This document shows, in pieces, positions 27,141 to 35,146 of a DNA stretch of 35,575 nucleotides. The stretch comes from a virus. Its lineage: Duplodnaviria > Caudoviricetes. Position numbers and translations under genes: made by a program. Within the stretch, counting starts at the first letter, position 1. Each line of letters starts with the position of its first letter. Where the stretch lies: the IMG/VR virus record IMGVR_UViG_3300043414_000189, positions 1 through 35,575 of that record; one strand, written 5' to 3'. The notes beneath the pieces are model-generated. The model worked only from the letters and a program-made list of their open reading frames with translations. It did no database searches and had not been told where the DNA came from.

Positions 27141-28273
27141 TTTGATTTCCTTTTTGGGCGACTGCAAATAATGTCAGGTTTGGCCTTTTCCCACGGCAGA
27201 TCGTCAACCAGATCCGCAAAGTGGTCAACCGGCTGTGCTGGCGTAATATCGCAATCAAACTCCGTTTTGATGCTGGTCAGGGCAAAATCGCCCAGTAATG
27301 ACTTGTCGGCCAAATTGGTTATGTCCTGGCTGGTATAAACTGGCTGGGCAAACTCGGTGCCGGTGATCTTGTTGCGGTAGGTCAGCAGGTTGTTGCTGGT
27401 CGCATCCATCAGCTCGGCAAACCGGCCGAGCAGTGTCGGAATGTGGCGGTGCTCTCCGCATCCGGCACGCTGGGCGGCTACATCCATGTCAGGTTTAGCC
27501 TGTGCACACGACCAGCGGGCCTCTCCGTCAGTCTCAGGGGTGCTGTGGGCGCAGGTTCGGCAGCTCACGTCGGGGGCTTCTGTCGAATAGCACTGGTCTT
27601 TGAAGCGGCAGAACTTGCAGGTAAAGTTTGTCGCATCGTCGGCCAGCGTGACGGCAGGTTCTGGGCTTGTGATGATGCGCTCGGCGCGTAAGTAAGCCAT
27701 CTCAAACGCATCTTTGTCGAATTCTATGCGCTCGGCGTGGATCTCGTCGGTGTCTTTGTTGACCATCAGATACATGGCGCGACTGAGCTTTGCCCAGCCC
27801 ATGTATACTTGCATCTGCACGTAATGCTGCAGCTTGGACTTCTTTACCCCATTTTTCACCATTGCGGCAAACGACTTTGCGTTTGCGGTCTTGAATTCAA
27901 GCAAATGCGGCGTCTTGGGCGCTTCCGGCAAGCCGAGGCCAACACCGTCAAGACTGCCTGCAAAGTGGCCGCCAACCGCCTTGTAACGCCACTGGTTGCC
28001 GTCTGCGTCTTTATCCCACACCTCGACACCTATGGCACGCAGGTCGGCGATCAGGCGCGGTTCCTGGTGGTTTCCGGTGTCAAACAAGCGCAGCATCCGG
28101 CCGTCAAAATCTTGTTGTTTTGCCCATCTAAAACTAAGCCACAGGTAGCGGTCGCATTCGTGGCCGATCTCAGATGCGCCGAGATGCGGGCGCCCCTGCC
28201 GGTCTGCGCTGGTTTCGTAATGCTTAAAAATGGCGGTTTTGGTGCTGTTCTGCGGTTCTGGTATCTCTGCCAT
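27137..28273 (-). CDS. Cas4-like PD-(D/E)XK exonuclease
   Basis: ASEIG.EC, G..DG, EFKT, Q.Q.YM, CKFC.....C (Fe-S cluster pattern). Confidence 0.8.
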   Translation of the reverse strand: MAEIPEPQNSTKTAIFKHYETSADRQGRPHLGASEIGHECDRYLWLSFRWAKQQDFDGRMLRLFDTGNHQEPRLIADLRAIGVEVWDKDADGNQWRYKAVGGHFAGSLDGVGLGLPEAPKTPHLLEFKTANAKSFAAMVKNGVKKSKLQHYVQMQVYMGWAKLSRAMYLMVNKDTDEIHAERIEFDKDAFEMAYLRAERIITSPEPAVTLADDATNFTCKFCRFKDQCYSTEAPDVSCRTCAHSTPETDGEARWSCAQAKPDMDVAAQRAGCGEHRHIPTLLGRFAELMDATSNNLLTYRNKITGTEFAQPVYTSQDITNLADKSLLGDFALTSIKTEFDCDITPAQPVDHFADLVDDLPWEKAKPDIICSRPKRKSK

Positions 28274-28316
28274 GATTCCTCCGTGACGCCGGGGCGTTGC
28301 CGCCCCAGCAGGTTGA

Positions 28317-28817
28317 TTACTTCTTCGCCCAGGGCGTGGCTGCCGCGACCTTGCCGGTTGCAAAAGCGGCTGGTGCTGTTGGTTTAGCTGCTGCCGGTTT
28401 AGCTTTCGGCGCCGGTGCGCCGTTAGCCTGGCTATACCCTTTGATGCGGTTTGTCATCTGGCCGGAATTGGGATTTAACTCTTGCACCACGTCCACGGTC
28501 AGCGGAATATTGTGCAATTCGTCACTGTCGCCGGGTTCCATAATGCCGACACAGTGGCAGATCGCCGACAGCTCGCGCTCGGCAATGCTCACCGCGGTCG
28601 CGTTGGGGTTGACCAGGTTAAGTCTCGTCCACAGTTTCCGGCCGCTGTGCTTGGTGTCACCGATCACTTCCATCGTCAACATCAAATACTCTCCGGTGCC
28701 TGCTTTGGTTTCTTTCATTTCGCTGTCGGTGATAATTACCTCGTAGCGACCGGCGGGGAGGGCGTCAAACGACTGTTGCGGTTCTACAGCTGCGGCATTG
28801 AAGTTAAGTGAGGCCAT
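28317..28817 (-). CDS. DUF669 single-stranded DNA-binding protein
   Basis: LPAG.Y...I..SE.K.TK.G.G.YL; low-complexity tail ending PW; lies between Sak4 and the exonuclease. Confidence 0.8.
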   Translation of the reverse strand: MASLNFNAAAVEPQQSFDALPAGRYEVIITDSEMKETKAGTGEYLMLTMEVIGDTKHSGRKLWTRLNLVNPNATAVSIAERELSAICHCVGIMEPGDSDELHNIPLTVDVVQELNPNSGQMTNRIKGYSQANGAPAPKAKPAAAKPTAPAAFATGKVAAATPWAKK

Positions 28818-28818
28818 T

Positions 28819-29574
28819 TTATTTTCCTTTGGTTTGGTTGGGTGCTGCGGTTGTCGTCATTGCGTCTGCAAGTGCCTGCCATTCAAACGGCAGATTGTCG
28901 GGTAGCGAATAGCGATTCTTTGCGAGATAAGCGGGTTTCTCGGACGTGTAAAGCAGGCGCTCGCCGGTTGAGATTCCGCGAGTAACCTTATTATTGAAGC
29001 CAACATCTGCGGTCTTGACCGTCGTTTTGTAATTGGCAAAGCCAACTACGTCGCAAAACTCTTGCAGCAAGGCACTGCTGCGACCTTGCAGCTTGGGCTG
29101 GTATCTCTCGAACGGATCGACCTCGGGGCTGTCAAAACGCTTGATTTCGCTGTGTGCCAGCAAGATGGATGCCATGCCGCGAGCACGCAGATCGTTGATG
29201 CCGTCAAGGATCTTGCGCCAGTAGTCGGCAGCAATCACCGCACCCTTGCCGAATCCCAACGCCTTTTCATCATACTTAGCGTTAATGTCTTGCCAGATCA
29301 GATTGTCAAGCCAATCAAGGCTGTCAATCACGACGGTTTGGAAATCGTGCTCGCCTTTCAGTGCAGCAAGCGCATCGTGCACATCTGACAGCTTGGTTGC
29401 CAGCGGGAAGTGGTCGACCTCCAGCTTGCCCAGGCCATCCTCGGTCAAGATGAAGATCGGCGCCGGACTACCGGCGGCAAAGGTGGTTTTGCCGATGCCA
29501 TGCACCGAATAGATCATGATACGTGGCGGTTGCAGCGTGGTATTGCGTGATACTGATTGCAGGTTAATTGCCAT
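28819..29574 (-). CDS. Sak4-like AAA_24 ATPase (single-strand annealing)
   Basis: HGIGKTT, TVVIDSLDWL, LLAH, CDVVGF, AKNRY.LP. Confidence 0.85.
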   Translation of the reverse strand: MAINLQSVSRNTTLQPPRIMIYSVHGIGKTTFAAGSPAPIFILTEDGLGKLEVDHFPLATKLSDVHDALAALKGEHDFQTVVIDSLDWLDNLIWQDINAKYDEKALGFGKGAVIAADYWRKILDGINDLRARGMASILLAHSEIKRFDSPEVDPFERYQPKLQGRSSALLQEFCDVVGFANYKTTVKTADVGFNNKVTRGISTGERLLYTSEKPAYLAKNRYSLPDNLPFEWQALADAMTTTAAPNQTKGK

Positions 29575-29585
29575 AAATCCTCCGT

Positions 29586-29675
29586 TTATTCCAGTGAGAA
29601 AAGTAAAACAACAAAAAGCCACAGTGATGCGAACGTCACTAACCCAAGAATGCAATCAAGAATAATCTGTTTCAT
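29586..29675 (-). CDS. 29-aa hydrophobic peptide (not in the ORF track)
   Basis: MKQIILDCILGLVTFASLWLFVVLLFSLE*; ATGA-coupled to the upstream gene. Confidence 0.55.
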   Translation of the reverse strand: MKQIILDCILGLVTFASLWLFVVLLFSLE

Positions 29676-30049
29676 ATTTGCCCCCTGTCGTCTGCCATTT
29701 CTTGCGCCATTTCCTCAAGCATGTCTGTGTCGGCAATGTCTTTTTTGAGCATGGCTTCCACCATGTCATGCAGGCGCTCGATGCGAATTTCCAGTGCCTG
29801 CTTGTTGGTGCTGAGTGCGGCGACCACTAGCTCAAAGGCGTAACTGGTGTCGAGGTTGTCAGCAATGAACTCGTAGAGATCGACTTGCGGTTTGCTATGT
29901 TTGGGGTAACTGCCGTAGTCGAGCACTTCCTCAACGATGGCATCGAGGGCGTCTGCGCGGTCATCGTCTGAGATTTCGCAGGCTTGACGGTTGAAGGGGA
30001 AACAACGCTTGCAGTCGTCGGCACCGCAGAGGCAGGGTTCTATTGTCAT
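29672..30049 (-). CDS. Acidic hypothetical protein with an N-terminal C.CG..DC..C motif
   Basis: Start MTIEPCLCGADDCKRC after an AAAGGA SD. Confidence 0.7.
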   Translation of the reverse strand: MTIEPCLCGADDCKRCFPFNRQACEISDDDRADALDAIVEEVLDYGSYPKHSKPQVDLYEFIADNLDTSYAFELVVAALSTNKQALEIRIERLHDMVEAMLKKDIADTDMLEEMAQEMADDRGQI

Positions 30050-30080
30050 GATTAAATCCTTTCGGTTGGTCGGTTGGGTG

Positions 30081-30096
30081 CGCCCCCGAGGGGGCG
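30081..30096. other. GC-rich hairpin between early genes
   Basis: CGCCCC-CGAG-GGGGCG. Confidence 0.5.
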
Positions 30097-30101
30097 GTTT
30101 G

Positions 30102-30278
30102 TTACGCTGCGATTGATTTTGCTTTGTTGATTGCTGCATCGGCAGTTTTGTAAATGAACATGCAACCGACGTTCATTTCTGCATCGTTGTCGCGCACGCC
30201 AACTGAGTAGCCAGTGGAGATTTTATAAACAACGACAGATACATTGTTTTCGATGTCTTTGATTTCGTGGATTAGCAT
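30102..30278 (-). CDS. 58-aa first early gene (not in the ORF track)
   Basis: MLIHEIKDIENNVSVVVYKIS...KAKSIAA*; AAAGGA SD; directly downstream of the leftward promoter. Confidence 0.65.
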   Translation of the reverse strand: MLIHEIKDIENNVSVVVYKISTGYSVGVRDNDAEMNVGCMFIYKTADAAINKAKSIAA

Positions 30279-30339
30279 TTTGTTTCCTTTTGGTTGGTAG
30301 GTCGGTTGGTTTCTTCTGTTGCGTTACTGCATGGCTCAC

Positions 30340-30368
30340 AATATAATCTGGTAGAATTAGGTTGTCAA
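30340..30368 (-). promoter_or_regulatory. Strong leftward sigma70 promoter
   Basis: Minus strand TTGACA, 17-bp spacer, TATATT. Confidence 0.8.
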
Positions 30369-30405
30369 CAACTTTATACAACTATTTTATAGGGGTTCAA
30401 ATTAG

Positions 30406-30609
30406 ATGCGAACAAGTGATGCGATTACATACTTCGAAGGGCGCCGAGCACTGGCCGAGCGACTAGGGATTAGCACCCAGGCGGTGGCAAAGTGGGGCGA
30501 TGCGGTGCCAGAGGGCGCCGCCTACAAATTGCAGATCCTGACGAACGGGCGCCTGCGGGTAGATCCGGCACTCTATCCTGGGCGGTGGCGCCGGAAGGCG
30601 GGGAAATGA
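30406..30609 (+). CDS. Cro-like HTH regulator
   Basis: DAI.YF.G..ALA..LGIS.QAV.KWG..VP...AY.LQ..T.G.L. Confidence 0.85.
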   Translation: MRTSDAITYFEGRRALAERLGISTQAVAKWGDAVPEGAAYKLQILTNGRLRVDPALYPGRWRRKAGK

Positions 30610-32042
30610 ATTATTTGTCAGTTTGTAGTGGGATTGAGGCGGCTACAGTAGGCTGGCATTCTTTAGGCTGGCAACCTGTTGCTTTTTCTGAAATCGAAAA
30701 ATTCCCGTGTTCTGCATTGGCACACCATTATCCAGATGTGCCTAACTGGGGCGATATGACTAAATTTAAGGAGTGGCCAGATGCAAATGTCAATGTTCTC
30801 GTCGGAGGAACCCCCTGCCAATCTTTCAGTGTCGCAGGACTCAGAAAAGGATTGGCAGACCCGCGTGGCAACCTCATGCTTACGTATCTTGCCATTGCTG
30901 CAAAGTATAGCCCCGAGTGGTTGGTTTGGGAAAACGTGCCCGGCGTCTTGTCCAGTAACGGAGGACGAGATTTTGCCAGCCTTCTTCGAGGGATAAGGCA
31001 ACTCGGGTATGGGTTCGCCTACCGAATTCTTGACGCTCAATACTTCGGAGTTCCCCAGCGGCGCAGACGCGTGTTCGTTGTCGGATGTGCTGGAGGTTGG
31101 CAACGTGCCGCAGCGGTTCTTTTTGAGCGCCACAGCTTGCAAAGGCATATTGCGCCGCGCAGAGAAGCGGGGAAAGGATTTACCCATTCAGTTGCTCCGA
31201 GCCTTACAAGCAGTGGCCGAGGCGTCGAGCGAGGCGGCGATACCAGAGGGCAAGACCCCGTAATCGCTTGTGACGTTGCCGGGGCGTTGGATACGCAATG
31301 CGGTGGCGGAAAACTTACCCATCAATCGGTTGTCAACGGGCACGTTTTGCCGGTTATGGGAACGCTAACGACGCGCACATTTACGGCACTTGGCGCGCGT
31401 GATATCGAGGAAGGCGCACTCGTTCCGATGATTTCCCACTCCTTGCGTGGCGAAGGCTTCGACGCTAGCGAGGACGGGACGGGGCGCGGGACGCCGTTGG
31501 TGCCGATCCAGAACGCGCTGCGCGGCAAGTCGCAGAACGGGTTAGGCATTGGCGAAGGTGGGGAGCCGATGTACACGCTGGACAAGGCGAGTCAGCACGC
31601 GGTTGCCTTTGCCCATCAAGCAGGCGGCACTCAAACCACGCTCGGCTACGACTCGGCGCGCGGCACCGCGCCTACGCTGCCGAAGTGTCAGACGCTGGCA
31701 GTGGCGATGTTTAAAAGCGGCCAAGGCGCGGCCGCGCGTAGCATCGGCTACAGCGAACACTTGGCGCCAACACTGCCATCGTCTGACGAAGGTAATCGCA
31801 CACCTACGCTTTTGCAAGCCATGCAAGTACGCCGCCTGACCCCGCGAGAGTGCGAGAGGCTACAGGGCTTCCCCGACGATTACACGCAGGTTCCATACCG
31901 CAACAAGCCAGCCGCTGATGGGCCGCGCTACAAGGCACTCGGCAACAGCATGGCGGTTCCAGTAATGGCATGGATCGGTAAACGAATTCAACAAGTGGAG
32001 GAAATAACATGCACCACAAAGCAAAAATACCATTCAGCATAG
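30606..32042 (+). CDS. DNA (cytosine-5) methyltransferase
   Basis: Motif I SVCSGIE, IV GTPCQ, VI ENV, VIII QRRRR, IX RRLTP.EC.RLQGFPD, X GNS. Confidence 0.92.
   Translation: MNYLSVCSGIEAATVGWHSLGWQPVAFSEIEKFPCSALAHHYPDVPNWGDMTKFKEWPDANVNVLVGGTPCQSFSVAGLRKGLADPRGNLMLTYLAIAAKYSPEWLVWENVPGVLSSNGGRDFASLLRGIRQLGYGFAYRILDAQYFGVPQRRRRVFVVGCAGGWQRAAAVLFERHSLQRHIAPRREAGKGFTHSVAPSLTSSGRGVERGGDTRGQDPVIACDVAGALDTQCGGGKLTHQSVVNGHVLPVMGTLTTRTFTALGARDIEEGALVPMISHSLRGEGFDASEDGTGRGTPLVPIQNALRGKSQNGLGIGEGGEPMYTLDKASQHAVAFAHQAGGTQTTLGYDSARGTAPTLPKCQTLAVAMFKSGQGAAARSIGYSEHLAPTLPSSDEGNRTPTLLQAMQVRRLTPRECERLQGFPDDYTQVPYRNKPAADGPRYKALGNSMAVPVMAWIGKRIQQVEEITCTTKQKYHSA
30781..31263 (+). pseudogene. Alternative-frame ORF inside the MTase (EcoHK31I beta-like), split by TAA at 30994-30996
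   Basis: Same-frame ORFs 30781-30996 and 31009-31263: ...GKTCPASC...EG*GNSGMG...CSLSDVLE...FLS...GILRRAEKRGK.LP. Confidence 0.55.
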
Positions 32043-32167
32043 TTCAGGAAGCCCGACACCAGCGGCAGCGGTTCGGCAGGGCATACTCGGTCATCGCTGC
32101 CTTTTACGATGTCAGCATGTGGACTGTGCGCGACTGGTGCGAGTATCGGACGAGGGTGGCGGGATGA
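32009..32167 (+). CDS. 52-aa HTH-like protein (not in the ORF track)
   Basis: GGAGG SD; MHHKAKIPFSIVQEAR...YSVIAAFYDVSMWTVRDWCEYRTR. Confidence 0.6.
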   Translation: MHHKAKIPFSIVQEARHQRQRFGRAYSVIAAFYDVSMWTVRDWCEYRTRVAG

Positions 32168-32358
32168 ACGTCAAAAGGGCAATTAGGCCGCCGGACATGA
32201 CCTGTTCTTTCTGCGGTGGCAAAGGATTCCAGACGGTCGAACGGGCGGCTGGACAGTCGTTTGTTTGCAAAGACTGCCGACGCACCTACAGGCGCAAATC
32301 AACGAGTGGCAGCGGTCAGATTGCGGGGCCGGTTTATCATCGGACGCGGGAATTATGA
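32164..32358 (+). CDS. Zinc-ribbon protein
   Basis: CSFCGG...CKDC; ATGA-coupled. Confidence 0.6.
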   Translation: MNVKRAIRPPDMTCSFCGGKGFQTVERAAGQSFVCKDCRRTYRRKSTSGSGQIAGPVYHRTREL

Positions 32359-32372
32359 ACCGGGGGGATAGC

Positions 32373-34466
32373 ATGACAGACACAGACAAAGGCGCTGTCA
32401 AAGCCAGCGTCAAAAACAGCGAATTCCTGCAACTGCTCTATGCCGGTATTCCCGATAAATCCTCGTTATGGGTTACCTCGTTCTACGGGAACCCCGATCT
32501 GACAGACAGCGGCAATTGGTTTGGCAGACCTTACAGGCCGGACCGTCATGCGCTGGTCGACTCGATGGTCACCGTAAATTCCTACTTCTCGGTAGCGGCA
32601 CTCTCGCCGACCGCCGATGGCGAGATCCGGCGCAGGAAGGCAAACTTTGAGCAGATACTGGTCCTGGTCGCCGACGATGCGCTGATCGACGACATAAAAG
32701 GCACCGTGTCCTATGTACTCAACACCTCACCCGGCAAAGCGCAGATCGGCATATTTATCGACAAGGACGATCCCGACGCCAAGAATCGCAGCCTGGTTGA
32801 CTCGATCGTCACGCGCATGGCTGAGAACGGCCTGCTGCGAGCTGACGCCAGCGGGAACAATTCGGTGCGCTACGTTCGGCTGCCGGTTGGCCAGAATCAG
32901 AAGCCGCGGGAAACGGGGCCGTGGGATCACCAGCTTGCGGTCTGGAACGCCGACTGCGTGCTCTCGTTGGCAGATGCCGCGTCGGTATTCGGTATTGACG
33001 TGGACGAGCTGCGGAAGATTAAAGAGGCGGCGCCAGCCGATGCCAAAAGCTCAATCTACGATGGCCAGGCCGATCTGCTGCGCTTGACGGCCAGCAATAT
33101 TGTGCGGGGCGAACGGTTGCACGAATCTATCAACGAGATGGCGTTCAGCCTGGTTGCCTGCGGCACGCACCCCGGCACTGTGGTGAGCACACTGCGCGGG
33201 TTGATGGAATCGTCACTGGTGGCGAAGGATGACCGCTGGAAGGCACGCTACGACGATATCCCGCGCTCTGTGACGACGGCGGTAGAGAAGCTCAAGGATA
33301 AGCAAATAAACGATCCTGACGCGTCTACGCTAGCGGGGAAGGGCAAATCAGAGATCATTGAGCGTCTGAAATCATGGAAACCGGCAGATGCAGCGCAGGT
33401 GACCGAGATCCGCGAGATTAAATATTATGTTGAGGGATTAATTCAATCCCATCTGGCCGGTAGTCTGGTTTCGCAAGGCGGCACCGGCAAAACCTCTATC
33501 CTGATGCTGCTGGGCATTGAAACGGCACTCGGCGGCGCCTGGTTCGGCATGACGGTTACACAGGGCGCTTTTGTTTTGCTCAGTCTGGACGACGCGCAAG
33601 AGGATCTCGACGCCTGCTTTGCCATGATCCTGCGGGAAAAGGCATTTACGGCAGTGCAGGTTGAAATTATCCGGGCAAATGTGCGGTTGATTTCCTTGCG
33701 GTCCATGAAAATTACCATTAAATTCGCCCAAAAGGATGGCCAGAGCTTTATGTCGACCGGCTTGGACCAGGCATTAATTGAGGGATTATCGGAAATTCCA
33801 AACCTGCGCTGCGTGGCGCTCGATACCCTGCGGCAGTTTGCGGGCGGCACGACCAACGACGACCAGCTCGTCACCGTGGCCACAAAAGCCATCACCAGCG
33901 TGGCAGACGCCTGCGGGTGTGCGGCGATCGTCAACCATCACGGCACCAAGCAGGGCGCCCGCGAGGGCGTGGTCGACCAATACAGCGGCGCCGGCAGCGG
34001 GGCGCTGGCCGACAATCTGCGTTTCGTGCTGAACTTGAGCACCGTGAAAACCGAGGATGCGCGGAAAATGCTCAATTTCTCGGTTCTGGACGATTTCGCG
34101 CTGGATCACGGATCGGTGGTGCTTGAGCTGGTCGACACCCGCGGCAGTCTGTTACGCCGCACCATTGATCCGGTCTACATCATGCGTGATGGGTATCGGT
34201 TCACGACGCTGGAAACGTCTAAAAAGACACCGGCGCAGAGGAATATGGAGAAATTCAAGCAGGTGGCCAAGATCATTAAGGACAAAGGGCCGCAGTCAAC
34301 TCGTAATTTACGTGAGGAGGTGAAGGTTAATACAGCCAATTTTAGCGTGATGATTAGTGGATGGATTGAGGATGGTTTTCTTATTTCTACCGGAAACGGT
34401 AGCAGCTCTTTGATCCATCTTACCGATTCTGGTAAAAAGGAATTAGGGATAACCTTTGGAGGCTAA
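32373..34466 (+). CDS. Primase-helicase (RepB-type primase plus AAA_25/RepA-type helicase)
   Basis: LVADD, TSPG..Q, RYVRLP.G.N.K primase motifs; Walker A QGGTGKT, Walker B ALDTL, NHH; short C-terminal wHTH-like region. Confidence 0.85.
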   Translation: MTDTDKGAVKASVKNSEFLQLLYAGIPDKSSLWVTSFYGNPDLTDSGNWFGRPYRPDRHALVDSMVTVNSYFSVAALSPTADGEIRRRKANFEQILVLVADDALIDDIKGTVSYVLNTSPGKAQIGIFIDKDDPDAKNRSLVDSIVTRMAENGLLRADASGNNSVRYVRLPVGQNQKPRETGPWDHQLAVWNADCVLSLADAASVFGIDVDELRKIKEAAPADAKSSIYDGQADLLRLTASNIVRGERLHESINEMAFSLVACGTHPGTVVSTLRGLMESSLVAKDDRWKARYDDIPRSVTTAVEKLKDKQINDPDASTLAGKGKSEIIERLKSWKPADAAQVTEIREIKYYVEGLIQSHLAGSLVSQGGTGKTSILMLLGIETALGGAWFGMTVTQGAFVLLSLDDAQEDLDACFAMILREKAFTAVQVEIIRANVRLISLRSMKITIKFAQKDGQSFMSTGLDQALIEGLSEIPNLRCVALDTLRQFAGGTTNDDQLVTVATKAITSVADACGCAAIVNHHGTKQGAREGVVDQYSGAGSGALADNLRFVLNLSTVKTEDARKMLNFSVLDDFALDHGSVVLELVDTRGSLLRRTIDPVYIMRDGYRFTTLETSKKTPAQRNMEKFKQVAKIIKDKGPQSTRNLREEVKVNTANFSVMISGWIEDGFLISTGNGSSSLIHLTDSGKKELGITFGG

Positions 34467-34631
34467 TTTGCCTCATTTCCGATCGTTTCCGTCCTTAGGG
34501 ATACGGAAACGGGAAACGATCGAGGAATGGGGTGGTGTGTGTTTTACAACACACCCACACCCTTTCCCTTATTCTCGTTTCCGGAAACAATTGGGAAACA
34601 GGAAACGATTGATTATTTATTAAGCAATTAA
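34467..34631. repeat. GGAAAC/GTTTCC repeat cluster with inverted repeats; candidate replication origin
   Basis: GGAAAC at 34505, 34512, 34583, 34594 and 34601; GTTTCC at 34485 and 34577; AT-rich flank. Confidence 0.6.
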
Positions 34632-34841
34632 ATGGAGAAAATAATGAATACTTTAAACAAATTAATTAATCCACATTTGAAAATGGACAAAATGGACATG
34701 CGCGATTATTTTGCAGGTCAAGTTATTTCTGCTTGTTGGAATTCGTTAGAAATAAACACATCGGGAAATGTGGCCGCAAAAAATGCCGCTAAAATTGCTT
34801 ATTTGATTGCAGACGAAATGCTTAATGAACGTCAAAAATGA
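34632..34841 (+). CDS. Hypothetical protein (M.MRDYFAGQ...AY..AD.ML..R)
   Basis: Common small phage protein motif; the start could be 34644. Confidence 0.7.
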   Translation: MEKIMNTLNKLINPHLKMDKMDMRDYFAGQVISACWNSLEINTSGNVAAKNAAKIAYLIADEMLNERQK

Positions 34842-35146
34842 CACCAACCCAGCGCAGTCTGGCCGCATTACGCGAACTCGGTTACCTGGTCGAAGTGGTT
34901 GAGAAATGGAATAGCTTCACCCGAACGCGTAAGGATCTCTGGGGCTGGGCCGATCTGCTGGCCATCCGGCGCGGCGAGGTGCTCGCAGTCCAGGTCACCA
35001 GTGAGGGCGTGGCCAACAGGGTTAAAAAGGTTATGGACTCGGAAACGATTGCCAGGGTGCGCGAGGCTGGGGTGCGAATTGAGGTTCACGGCTGGCGCAA
35101 GAACGTGAAAGGGCGCTACGTGCAGCGAATTGTCGATTTATCTTGA
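34838..35146 (+). CDS. Small PD-(D/E)XK nuclease (possible Holliday junction resolvase)
   Basis: L.ELGY.V..VE...DLWGWADLLA......AVQVTS. Confidence 0.65.
   Translation: MTPTQRSLAALRELGYLVEVVEKWNSFTRTRKDLWGWADLLAIRRGEVLAVQVTSEGVANRVKKVMDSETIARVREAGVRIEVHGWRKNVKGRYVQRIVDLS

Noticed and set aside
27137-28273. CRISPR-Cas system suggested by the Cas4-like nuclease
   Set aside because: No repeat-spacer array or other cas genes; the Sak4 plus SSB context indicates a recombination exonuclease
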